Source: a virus
DNA length: 64,000 nt
Direction: 5' to 3' (one strand)
Virus record (IMG/VR): IMGVR_UViG_3300023174_000065
The translations under genes were made by a program, and so were the position numbers. Positions 56,701 through 64,000 of this stretch are shown here, piece by piece (the first letter of the stretch is position 1; each line of letters begins with the position of its first letter). The notes below the pieces were generated by a model. It saw nothing but the letters and a program-made list of their open reading frames with translations, searched no databases and was not told the origin of the DNA.

Positions 56701-56819
56701 GTTCAGAACCTATTGTAACATTTTATATAAATACATCAACTGGAAATGTAATTTTACAGGCAGTGGGAGTATATACAACAAATACTATCAAGGTTCATAA
56801 AATGTACATAGAAATTTAA
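53766..56819 (+). CDS. Tail fibre-like protein
   Basis: Repeats STNTGALTVAGGVG(I/V)G and AGTxTAVSTSTGxVTxWxTxxLQTVT; C-terminal IDTFSMSAYRSAKYVV..SEILVVHDG domain. Confidence 0.8.
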   Translation: MPTLLNNSKGLVGTSGTGTFFITLETAQPLLGRTPSTETGFTLVTGPAGLLVFTSTIGQVYFADSTITSARQNGILTITSVGTGTVNITGNSYFDGQRVTSNVANITEANLTKLNVLSTASFYGPVQYYNTVTYVTSQNTQYTDSIVELHVANTASVDTLWTTDDAKNIGFRFHYYKGVYPDGTGTQGALILNSVTEDLEWWSDVTTGTSFTGVTYGKFRTGSIHLTSSTNAVSTTTGAFTVTGGIGIGKDIYAGGNVKILGTATNYFVGPISIGTQSNNDQIHIKNSTAGIRLESTTTNYARFRTDSSGSVYLDANQSASAVPSIIAFTNKNVEVARFNSLNYLGINNTDPQYRLDVNGPTRFTSATLFTSNIDSNSTGSGAVIITGGLGVGSQLTANTVATTYLTGDNNSDITVRATGSLILTSPTKLAVNSTLDSTGTDNGSVVIKGGVGIAKKLYVGNLIYSQGNEVLTTATSLNFGVSQLTAGTDTAVSTSTGIVTVWNTSTLQTITGRGNSTTNTIIIANTASSTSTNTGALTVAGGVGVGGAINAKTIYEDLARVVSTATIKNYAVTTATAGTDTSVSLDTLTGNLTIWNISTLQTVTGRGNSTTNTISITNTASSTSTNTGALTVAGGVGISDSLYVGNYIAVKNITSFPTNSNINIDPDGTGSVVFTTSTQVYVNSNVASTTTNSGALIVTGGVGVGGTISNRGLIVVSTNTVVGSVWIGGTYPVGGGSFVYDGGSDGVFPFTNIATTAGAYTAFRTNGQVDLLSIYNTGTVIVNSNTSATSTNSGAFQVVGGAGIGRDLYVGGKIVSSGSNVITEATIANYGVSKINAGTGTAVSTSSGVVTIWSTASLQTVTDYGNSTTNIVIINTTTNSTSTNSGALQVIGGVGIGGNMHLGGNIVMYNAALVQKLSGIAVGITSATIDTFSMSAYRSAKYVVSASNSFVNQYQSSEILVVHDGITPYLQSTSVFTGSEPIVTFYINTSTGNVILQAVGVYTTNTIKVHKMYIEI

Positions 56820-56857
56820 AATTTCGTTAAGATTTGCTGTTAGGGAGATATGGAACT

Positions 56858-59800
56858 GTGGCAAACAATTATTTTTACGTTCACAATGGTCTGACGGCAG
56901 GTGCATTAAGCATCGATGCAGCAACTGGCAATCTAACCACATTAGGTATCATAACCTCTACATCTACTCAAGTAGCAAATAATACGTTTTCTGGAGCACT
57001 TGTTGTTACCGGTGGCGCAGGAATTGGCGGCAAATTGTATGTTGGTGATGATATCTACAGCAAATCCAGTCTCGTTCTTACTACTTCGAGTGCAAGATCT
57101 TTTGTAGTAACCTCTCTCAGGTCAGGAACTGGTACTGCCGTAAGTACATCAACCGGTGATGTAATTGTTTGGAGCACTGCAAGTTTACAAACAGTAACTG
57201 GTTTTGGAAATTCAACTGATATCGCAATCAAAATCACTAATTCAACTTCAGCAACCAGTACTTCAACTGGCTCATTGGTAGTTGCAGGCGGTGTTGGTAT
57301 CGGCGGCACATTGTGGGTTGGCGATGATGTATATAGTAAAGGCAATTTAGTTTTAACAACTGCTTCAATAAAAACATATGGCGTTTCTAAAATAACGCCG
57401 GGAACAGGCACTGCTGTTAGCTCATCGACCGGAGAAGTTACTATATGGAGTACCGCCACTTTACAAGATGTTACTAGTCAGGGTTCATCTACGGATCGAT
57501 CTATTTCTATTACTAATAGTACTACCAGTACAGACACTGGATCAGGTGCTCTAAAAGTAACGGGCGGAGTTGGAATTGGTGGCAATCTAAATGTTGGCGG
57601 ACAGTTAAAAGTAAATAACGAAGCTACATTTTTAGGAAATGTTACATTCAGCGGAAATGCAACATATGTTTATTCTACTAACACTCTTTACACAGATAAT
57701 ATTCTAGAACTTCACACTCCATCTGATGGACAGTGGACACTTGATGACGGCAAATCTATTGGGTTAAAATTTCACTACTTTAATAATGCAACTAACACAA
57801 ATGCCGCGCTTGTATTAAAAAATGACAGTAAATTCTTAGAATGGTTTTCTTATGGTGTTACTGGAGATAGTACATTTACGAGTGCAACCTACGGTACATT
57901 TAAGACAGGTTCTATAAGACTTGCTGACTCAACCTCTGCTACTAGCACAGTTTCTGGTGCATTACAAGTTGTTGGTGGTGCAGGAATTGGCGGCAATCTT
58001 TATGTAGGCGGAGATATTTATTCTAGTGGTTCAAGAGTAGTAACTGAAACTAATCTAGGAACTTATGGTATTTCTGCGATTTATGCAGGAACAGGAACTG
58101 CTGTTAGTTCAAACACTGGATCAGTGACGATCTGGAGTACCGCAACTTTACAAGATGTTACTAGTCAGGGTTCATCTACCGATCGGTCTATTTCAATTAG
58201 TAGTTCCACAAATTCAACATCGACTAATACTGGAGCATTACGAGTCACGGGTGGTGTAGGTGTTGGTAGAAATCTATATGTTGGCGGACAGTTGGTAGTG
58301 ACCAATTCCACTGTTTCCACTGTTTCTGATGGTTCACTACTGACAATAAATCATCCTGGAAATAAAAATTGGGCAGTGTTGATAGGAGATGCTGTTAATA
58401 CTGGATCAACAACTGGTATATATTTAAGATCAACTACGACCTCATATATAGCATGGGGCGCACAAGGCTCATTGGTATTTACATCAAGTGGTGTTGGAAT
58501 CGAGCGTATGCGCATAGATTCTTCTGGTAGTTTAGTAATTGCAACAACTACCGCTGCTATAAATTCTCAGTCAGGAGCTCTTCAAGTTGCAGGAGGAGCA
58601 GGCATTGTTGGTGATCTTCATGTGGGTGGTAATATTTACGGAAAAATCAGCGGCACGGTAACCGCTACTACTCACATTGTAGGAGGTGCTGCTAATCGAA
58701 TTGTTTATAATACAGGAACAGATACTACTAGCTTTATTATTGCACCACCATCATCAAATGTTTTTCTACAATATACGGGTAATAATGCGTTCACTTGGAC
58801 ATCGTTCTCGGCAGGAACTGATACTGCAATAAGTGTAACAGGCGCAGATGTAAAAATTTGGAATAACAGTACACTACAGTCTATTACTAACAGAGGAAAT
58901 TCAACTTCTAATGCAATTAGTATTACTAGTAGTACAGCATCAATATCAACTACTACCGGTGCGTTAACTGTTTTAGGTGGTGTTGGTATTCAGGGAGATC
59001 TCTATGTAGGTAAAACTATTTACGGAACAATCACTGGATCTATAACAACTGCTTCCAACATTGCATCAGGCAGTGCTAATAGAATATTATATCAAACTAG
59101 TACCGGCACTACTGGATTTATTGCAACTCCAACTAATTTTGGTACATTTTTACAATATTCTACAACTAATACCTTTGTTTGGACAACTGTTACAGCAGGT
59201 GTTTCTAAAATAAATGCTGGCACCGGAACTGCTATTAATACATCAACTGGAGAAGTTACTATATGGAGCACTGCAGGTTTACAAACAGTAACTACTATTG
59301 GAAATTCAACCGATAAAGCAATCAGAATCACTAATTCAACTTCGGCAACCAATACTTCAACTGGCTCATTGGTAGTCACAGGTGGTGTTGGTATTGGCGG
59401 CGATCTTTATGTAGGCGGTACATTTTACGGAAAAGTCAGTGTTGATGGAGTAGTTGAATATGCTAAGGCATTGGGTGGAGGATCATCAGGACAATTGCTA
59501 TATCAATCAGCAACTTCCACTACTAGTTTTGTGTCCACTGCTGCATCTGGATGGTTACTACAGAGTAACGGTAGTAATGCTCCTTCTTATGTAAATCCAA
59601 ATAGTTTAACGGTCAGTAAAGCTGGTGATATTACCGGTGGATTGAATAATCAAATTTTATACCAACAGTCAGCAGATCAAACATCATTTATAGATGCTCC
59701 CACTGATGCTAATACATTCCTGTTGTTTAGGGGTGGATCATTTGTATGGTCATCAACGATCAATAATACTGCGCAAGCAACTTCAACCAATTCTGGAGCA

Positions 59801-61042
59801 TTTCAAGTTGTAGGAGGTGTTGGAATTGGCGGAAACTTATATGTAGGCGGAAATATCGTTGCGACTAATGCACAGATATCCGGCTCTATCGACTCTGCTA
59901 CCACTGCAACTCATCTAGCAAACGGTTCTACAGGAAGCATTCCATATCAGACCAATGTTGGTAGAACTGGGTTTATTCCAATTGGAACAACTGGCACTGT
60001 ATTGGTCAGTGATGGCACGACTGCTACTTGGAAAGCTTCGAGTGCAATTTCAGCCAGTACTGCGAGTACTGCTACTAATTTAGCGCGCGGTGTAAGGGGA
60101 AGTATTCCATATCAAACCAATACTGGCACTACTGACTTTATTCCAATTGGAACAACTGGCACTGTACTGGTCAGTGATGGTACAACTGCTACTTGGAAAG
60201 CACAAAGCACATTGTCGGTGGGTACAGCGACGACTGCTACTCATCTAGTAGGTGGTGCTCTGGGAAGTATTCCATATCAAACCAACACTGGTACTACTGG
60301 ATTTATTCCAATTGGATCTCAGGGACAGATATTAGTAAGTGATGGTACTACTGCTACTTGGTCAACCGCTTCAATATCATTGTCCGTGAGTTCTGCTACT
60401 ACTGCTACTAATTTAGCAGGCGGCGCAACAGGAAGTATTCCATATCAAACCAATACTGGTACTACTAAATTTATTTCAATAGGAAGTACAAGCAGTTTAT
60501 TAGTAAGTGATGGTACTACTGCTACTTGGAAAGCGCCAACCACGATATCAGTGAATACTGCTACTTATGCAACCAATATTTCTAATAATAACTACAGCAG
60601 TGGATTCCAGATTGCATACAATAGTGATAGCGTTACTACAAAGTTTGCAAATTCTGCGACTACTACTGGTACATTCTTAAAATACAGTGGCGATAGTGCA
60701 TATCCATTTATATGGGACACTGTATCACAGGGCGGTGTTACCTCGGTTAATCCAGGCACCGGGACTGCGGTTAGCTCCACTACTGGCAATGTGACTATCT
60801 GGAGTACAGCAACTCTTCAAAACGTCACCGACAGGGGAAGAACATCTACTAATGCAATTTCAATTACATCCACTACGCAATCAACGGGCACAACTACTGG
60901 CGCGTTAACAGTTTCAGGTGGTGTTGGTATAGGTGGCAATATTTATACAGCCGGTGAAATACATATTACATCTGCTACAGCATCGGTATTTTATATGAAG
61001 TATAATCCCGCTGCCGGTGCAGTAGACTTTATATTTGGTTAA
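56858..61042 (+). CDS. Tail fibre-like protein
   Basis: Same GALxVxGGVGIGG repeats plus four 55-56-aa GSIPYQT repeats. The start is probably GTG at 56858 (after GGGAG/GGA) rather than the ORF-track start at 56834. Confidence 0.8.
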   Translation: MANNYFYVHNGLTAGALSIDAATGNLTTLGIITSTSTQVANNTFSGALVVTGGAGIGGKLYVGDDIYSKSSLVLTTSSARSFVVTSLRSGTGTAVSTSTGDVIVWSTASLQTVTGFGNSTDIAIKITNSTSATSTSTGSLVVAGGVGIGGTLWVGDDVYSKGNLVLTTASIKTYGVSKITPGTGTAVSSSTGEVTIWSTATLQDVTSQGSSTDRSISITNSTTSTDTGSGALKVTGGVGIGGNLNVGGQLKVNNEATFLGNVTFSGNATYVYSTNTLYTDNILELHTPSDGQWTLDDGKSIGLKFHYFNNATNTNAALVLKNDSKFLEWFSYGVTGDSTFTSATYGTFKTGSIRLADSTSATSTVSGALQVVGGAGIGGNLYVGGDIYSSGSRVVTETNLGTYGISAIYAGTGTAVSSNTGSVTIWSTATLQDVTSQGSSTDRSISISSSTNSTSTNTGALRVTGGVGVGRNLYVGGQLVVTNSTVSTVSDGSLLTINHPGNKNWAVLIGDAVNTGSTTGIYLRSTTTSYIAWGAQGSLVFTSSGVGIERMRIDSSGSLVIATTTAAINSQSGALQVAGGAGIVGDLHVGGNIYGKISGTVTATTHIVGGAANRIVYNTGTDTTSFIIAPPSSNVFLQYTGNNAFTWTSFSAGTDTAISVTGADVKIWNNSTLQSITNRGNSTSNAISITSSTASISTTTGALTVLGGVGIQGDLYVGKTIYGTITGSITTASNIASGSANRILYQTSTGTTGFIATPTNFGTFLQYSTTNTFVWTTVTAGVSKINAGTGTAINTSTGEVTIWSTAGLQTVTTIGNSTDKAIRITNSTSATNTSTGSLVVTGGVGIGGDLYVGGTFYGKVSVDGVVEYAKALGGGSSGQLLYQSATSTTSFVSTAASGWLLQSNGSNAPSYVNPNSLTVSKAGDITGGLNNQILYQQSADQTSFIDAPTDANTFLLFRGGSFVWSSTINNTAQATSTNSGAFQVVGGVGIGGNLYVGGNIVATNAQISGSIDSATTATHLANGSTGSIPYQTNVGRTGFIPIGTTGTVLVSDGTTATWKASSAISASTASTATNLARGVRGSIPYQTNTGTTDFIPIGTTGTVLVSDGTTATWKAQSTLSVGTATTATHLVGGALGSIPYQTNTGTTGFIPIGSQGQILVSDGTTATWSTASISLSVSSATTATNLAGGATGSIPYQTNTGTTKFISIGSTSSLLVSDGTTATWKAPTTISVNTATYATNISNNNYSSGFQIAYNSDSVTTKFANSATTTGTFLKYSGDSAYPFIWDTVSQGGVTSVNPGTGTAVSSTTGNVTIWSTATLQNVTDRGRTSTNAISITSTTQSTGTTTGALTVSGGVGIGGNIYTAGEIHITSATASVFYMKYNPAAGAVDFIFG
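59900..60535 (+). repeat. Four tandem ~165-bp coding repeats (GSIPYQTNTGTTxFIPIGxxGxxLVSDGTTATW)
   Basis: GGAAG(C/T)ATTCCATATCA recurs at 59933, 60098, 60263 and 60431. Confidence 0.9.
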
Positions 61043-61057
61043 ATGGAATTTAAATAA

Positions 61058-64000
61058 ATGGCAATAAAATATTGGACAGGTCGGGTTGATAGACAATGGA
61101 CAAACCAAGCTAATTGGTCGTTGACCCCTGGAGGAAATACATCGGTGCAATCACCGGGCTCAAGTGACGATGTAATTTTTGATTTTTCTGCGTTATCTTC
61201 GGGATCTTATACGGTGTTAGGACCACCGTCGGCTTTAACAATTCGATCACTTAGTTTAGGAAATCCATCAAATGGAACTGTTACATTAACCTTGCAAGCT
61301 GCATTAACTTGTTCTACAAATCTTACAACTATTTCAGGAATAATAGAATGCAGTGGCCAAAACTTTACAGTTAGGACCTTTGCAAGTAACTCTCTTTATT
61401 TTATAGTAACTTCAACTGGAATAGTAAGAAATTTTGCAGCATTAATTACAAAATGTATTTCTCAAATTGATGGTCAAGTAACCTCTTCATTAGGATATTG
61501 GAATAATTCCTATAATGCTGACGTTAATGGACTAGTAGATGTTAGTAGATATATATCTATTGGCAGTACTTTAACTATTAATATTAGTGGAAGTGTTACA
61601 TCTAGAGGATATCCTACAACTCTTACCGATGGAATTACATGCGATTATCTATATAATTATGGAACACTTAGAGCTATTACTTATGGAATTAGTGTAAGTT
61701 ATGCTTTAACTACTGGTTCAAGAAGTACAACTTCGATAGATGGATCTTCTAGATTTGGAACAGCGTCGTCACTATTATATACTAGTAGTCTAGAAGGTCC
61801 AGTTACTGTTGGCAATGATTTATATGTTCGAATAAATTTAAACGTTTATTCTACTCTACAAGTTAATGGGGTGATGACAACAATTTATGGAGCTCATATT
61901 TATTCTCCAGGCATAGTAACTGTATCGAAATATATGGATAATAACGCAGGTAATGTGACTATAGAAAGCGGAGCACGTATTACAACTAATGGTGCTAATT
62001 CTACCTACGGTCAAGGATTTATTTGTAATAATCTATATAATCATGGAATATTACAAGTTAATAATGGCGCACTATTAATTGCCTATGAAATGAAAACTTT
62101 TCCAGAAAGTACAACATCAGCTGGCCCTAGCCCTACTGGATACTTGTCTAATATTGGTAATGCTAGTTTATCGTATACTAGCACACTCAATGGCCCGGTT
62201 ACTGTTAGTGGTAATTTATATTTTAAATCAAATTTACAATCTAATAAACCGTTATCTATTACCAATGGAGGATATTTAAGAGTTTACGGAACTGCTGTAT
62301 TTACTGATAATTTAGATGTAGATAGCTACCTTGATGCAGGATATGACACTACTTTTGGAATTTTAAATCAAATAGCTAGTCCTATTTATACTATTGGAAA
62401 AGCCCTATTATCTACCGGAGGGTTAATTACAAATTCTACCTCAGTTTTAACAATTTATAAAGGAACTCTTATTACTTATGGTGTCACAAATGCTATATAT
62501 GGATTAGGTGTAGACTGCGGTTATTTTATTAATTATGGATCTGCTACTATTAATGGCGCAATTAAAGTTAATTATTATATGGATACTAAAGATGGAACTA
62601 CAACTATTGTAGGACCTTCGACCAATTTATCGACTATAGGAGATAACTCTTATACTAGCACGCTAAAAGGTATAGTTACTATTAAAGGAAATACTAAAGT
62701 TGATTATTTAAATTCAACTGCAATTTTAACAATTAACGGGTATCTTGATGGCCAGTACGCAGTTGTGTTAGGAAATTCTACAATTATTGATGGTTACGCT
62801 AATAGTAATAGTGGATATGATTTTACAATAGATCAACAAATAATTTCGAATATAAATGTTCCATTTAATGTTTACATTGGCGGGGACTTAAGAGTAGGGC
62901 GTAATTTATATGTTAGAAACTACACTTCTGTTGACGGAATTGTGAATTTCTTATATTCGTATAGTCGAGGACTATATTTACAAGGTGGTGATTTAACAAT
63001 AGGCCTTCCAGTTTCTTTTACATCTTATCCTCCACAATTTAGATTTTTTTACTTAGCTCTTGGTAACAATACATTATATTGTCCTGCATTAACACTTACA
63101 CCGTCTTCTATGGAATGGAATGAATCTGGAGCAATTTCTCTTACAGGAGAACCTGATACAGGTGTCACACTCACTGTTTTAGATTTTGATACAACATACC
63201 TTTCAGTCTTTGATACCACCAAATATCCGCCTACAGTTACTTTAGATGGCACTGGATCATTAGGAACTCGGAGAGTTATCAATTCAGGACCAGGAAGTAA
63301 ATTACAAAATTTAAACATTAATGTAATTGATGATGCCAGTGACACCGTTGTTATAACTGGACCAGTTAATGATATGTTGTTTGACGATACGTACTTGGGT
63401 ATTGGAAATTTAGCTGCTTGTACTGGAATTTATGGAAATTTTGCATCATCGGATAATATGACTTTTACTCCATCATCTAACCTATTATATTTTCTAGGAA
63501 AAGATGCAGTAGATTTAAATATGAATGGCGGTGTTTTAAATCAACCAGTTCAATTTTTAGGAAGAGATCCTAATGTTACTTGGTATTTGAGTTCTGATTT
63601 TGCAGTAAGTAGTGCTTATACTGCCACATTTTATCAAGGAACTTTAGATTTTACTTTTGGTAATATATATTGCGGTCTATTTAATTCATCAACTGCAAGT
63701 TCTGTGACAAGATATTTTAATAACGGCGGAGGTGGCACCGGCGTTATTTCAGTTTCGTCGTCGTCGGGTGTTGTATTTGATACATCAATTAATACTAATT
63801 TAGAACTTACAAGTTTTGTTGATGTTGTATTAACATCTAATTCGAGGTCTGGAGCTATTCGAACTATTCGGGTAGGTGCACCGTTAGAAGGAAACTGTTT
63901 TAATTTTGTTGTCAGTAACGGAACATCTGGGAGCATTGTGAATTTTACTTCTGGCAATAATGTAGGAGGTTTAGATTTTAGAGGAACATATTCATCTATT
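61058..64000 (+). CDS. Large beta-helical virion/receptor-binding-like protein, partial (at least 981 aa)
   Basis: ATG at 61058 (MAIKYWTGRVDRQWTNQANWSLTPGG..PGSSDDVIFD). Its absence from the ORF track is consistent with a frame open to the window end. Recurrent YTSxLxGxVT(V/I) units. Confidence 0.8.
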   Translation, partial: MAIKYWTGRVDRQWTNQANWSLTPGGNTSVQSPGSSDDVIFDFSALSSGSYTVLGPPSALTIRSLSLGNPSNGTVTLTLQAALTCSTNLTTISGIIECSGQNFTVRTFASNSLYFIVTSTGIVRNFAALITKCISQIDGQVTSSLGYWNNSYNADVNGLVDVSRYISIGSTLTINISGSVTSRGYPTTLTDGITCDYLYNYGTLRAITYGISVSYALTTGSRSTTSIDGSSRFGTASSLLYTSSLEGPVTVGNDLYVRINLNVYSTLQVNGVMTTIYGAHIYSPGIVTVSKYMDNNAGNVTIESGARITTNGANSTYGQGFICNNLYNHGILQVNNGALLIAYEMKTFPESTTSAGPSPTGYLSNIGNASLSYTSTLNGPVTVSGNLYFKSNLQSNKPLSITNGGYLRVYGTAVFTDNLDVDSYLDAGYDTTFGILNQIASPIYTIGKALLSTGGLITNSTSVLTIYKGTLITYGVTNAIYGLGVDCGYFINYGSATINGAIKVNYYMDTKDGTTTIVGPSTNLSTIGDNSYTSTLKGIVTIKGNTKVDYLNSTAILTINGYLDGQYAVVLGNSTIIDGYANSNSGYDFTIDQQIISNINVPFNVYIGGDLRVGRNLYVRNYTSVDGIVNFLYSYSRGLYLQGGDLTIGLPVSFTSYPPQFRFFYLALGNNTLYCPALTLTPSSMEWNESGAISLTGEPDTGVTLTVLDFDTTYLSVFDTTKYPPTVTLDGTGSLGTRRVINSGPGSKLQNLNINVIDDASDTVVITGPVNDMLFDDTYLGIGNLAACTGIYGNFASSDNMTFTPSSNLLYFLGKDAVDLNMNGGVLNQPVQFLGRDPNVTWYLSSDFAVSSAYTATFYQGTLDFTFGNIYCGLFNSSTASSVTRYFNNGGGGTGVISVSSSSGVVFDTSINTNLELTSFVDVVLTSNSRSGAIRTIRVGAPLEGNCFNFVVSNGTSGSIVNFTSGNNVGGLDFRGTYSSI

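Noticed and set aside
57446-58194. Near-identical repeat pair as a possible DGR template/variable repeat
   Set aside because: The mismatches (C/A, G/C, A/G) are synonymous and not adenine-specific, both copies are in-frame coding, and there is no reverse transcriptase in the window.
59900-60535. Regularly spaced repeats as a possible CRISPR array
   Set aside because: The ~165-bp units are in-frame protein repeats with third-position variation. There are no unique spacers and no cas genes.
1-64000. Alternative genetic code (stop-codon reassignment), as seen in some large phages
   Set aside because: Conserved genes are full length under the standard code, and TAA, TGA and TAG all occur at plausible gene ends.

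Overview
A 64-kb segment of a large, AT-rich, T4-like (Straboviridae/Kyanoviridae-style gene set) contractile-tailed phage genome using the standard genetic code. It is almost entirely virion morphogenesis. (1) Minus strand, 1-22936: baseplate cluster. It holds a giant wedge protein of at least 3996 aa that runs off the left edge and is missing from the ORF track, gp6, gp25, a gp5-like spike with a lambda-lysozyme-type domain, a hub protein with an M15 peptidase domain, a gp53-like and a gp48/54-like gene. (2) Plus strand, 23046-28017: a block with sigma70-type promoters, containing a gp55-like late sigma factor, gp47/gp46, an Hc1-like protein and a GIY-YIG endonuclease. It is followed by a ~530-nt ORF-free, highly structured element. 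(3) Two tandem gp26-like genes, the second with a likely -1 frameshift into a gp51-like extension, divergent from a tape-measure-like gene. (4) Head genes gp20, core proteins, gp21, gp22 and gp23, then a Seg-like homing endonuclease. (5) A long cluster of fibre/appendage genes running off the right edge. The most notable observations are the large pseudoknotted ncRNA-like element (28080-28550), eleven ~160-aa repeats resembling the phycobiliprotein/globin fold with the bilin-attachment-type CxRD motif in a 2.6-kaa virion protein, the startless gp51-like frame behind a T_TTT_TTC slippery site, two related structured 5' leaders, and probable leaderless late mRNAs. All family assignments come from motif recognition by eye; no searches were run.
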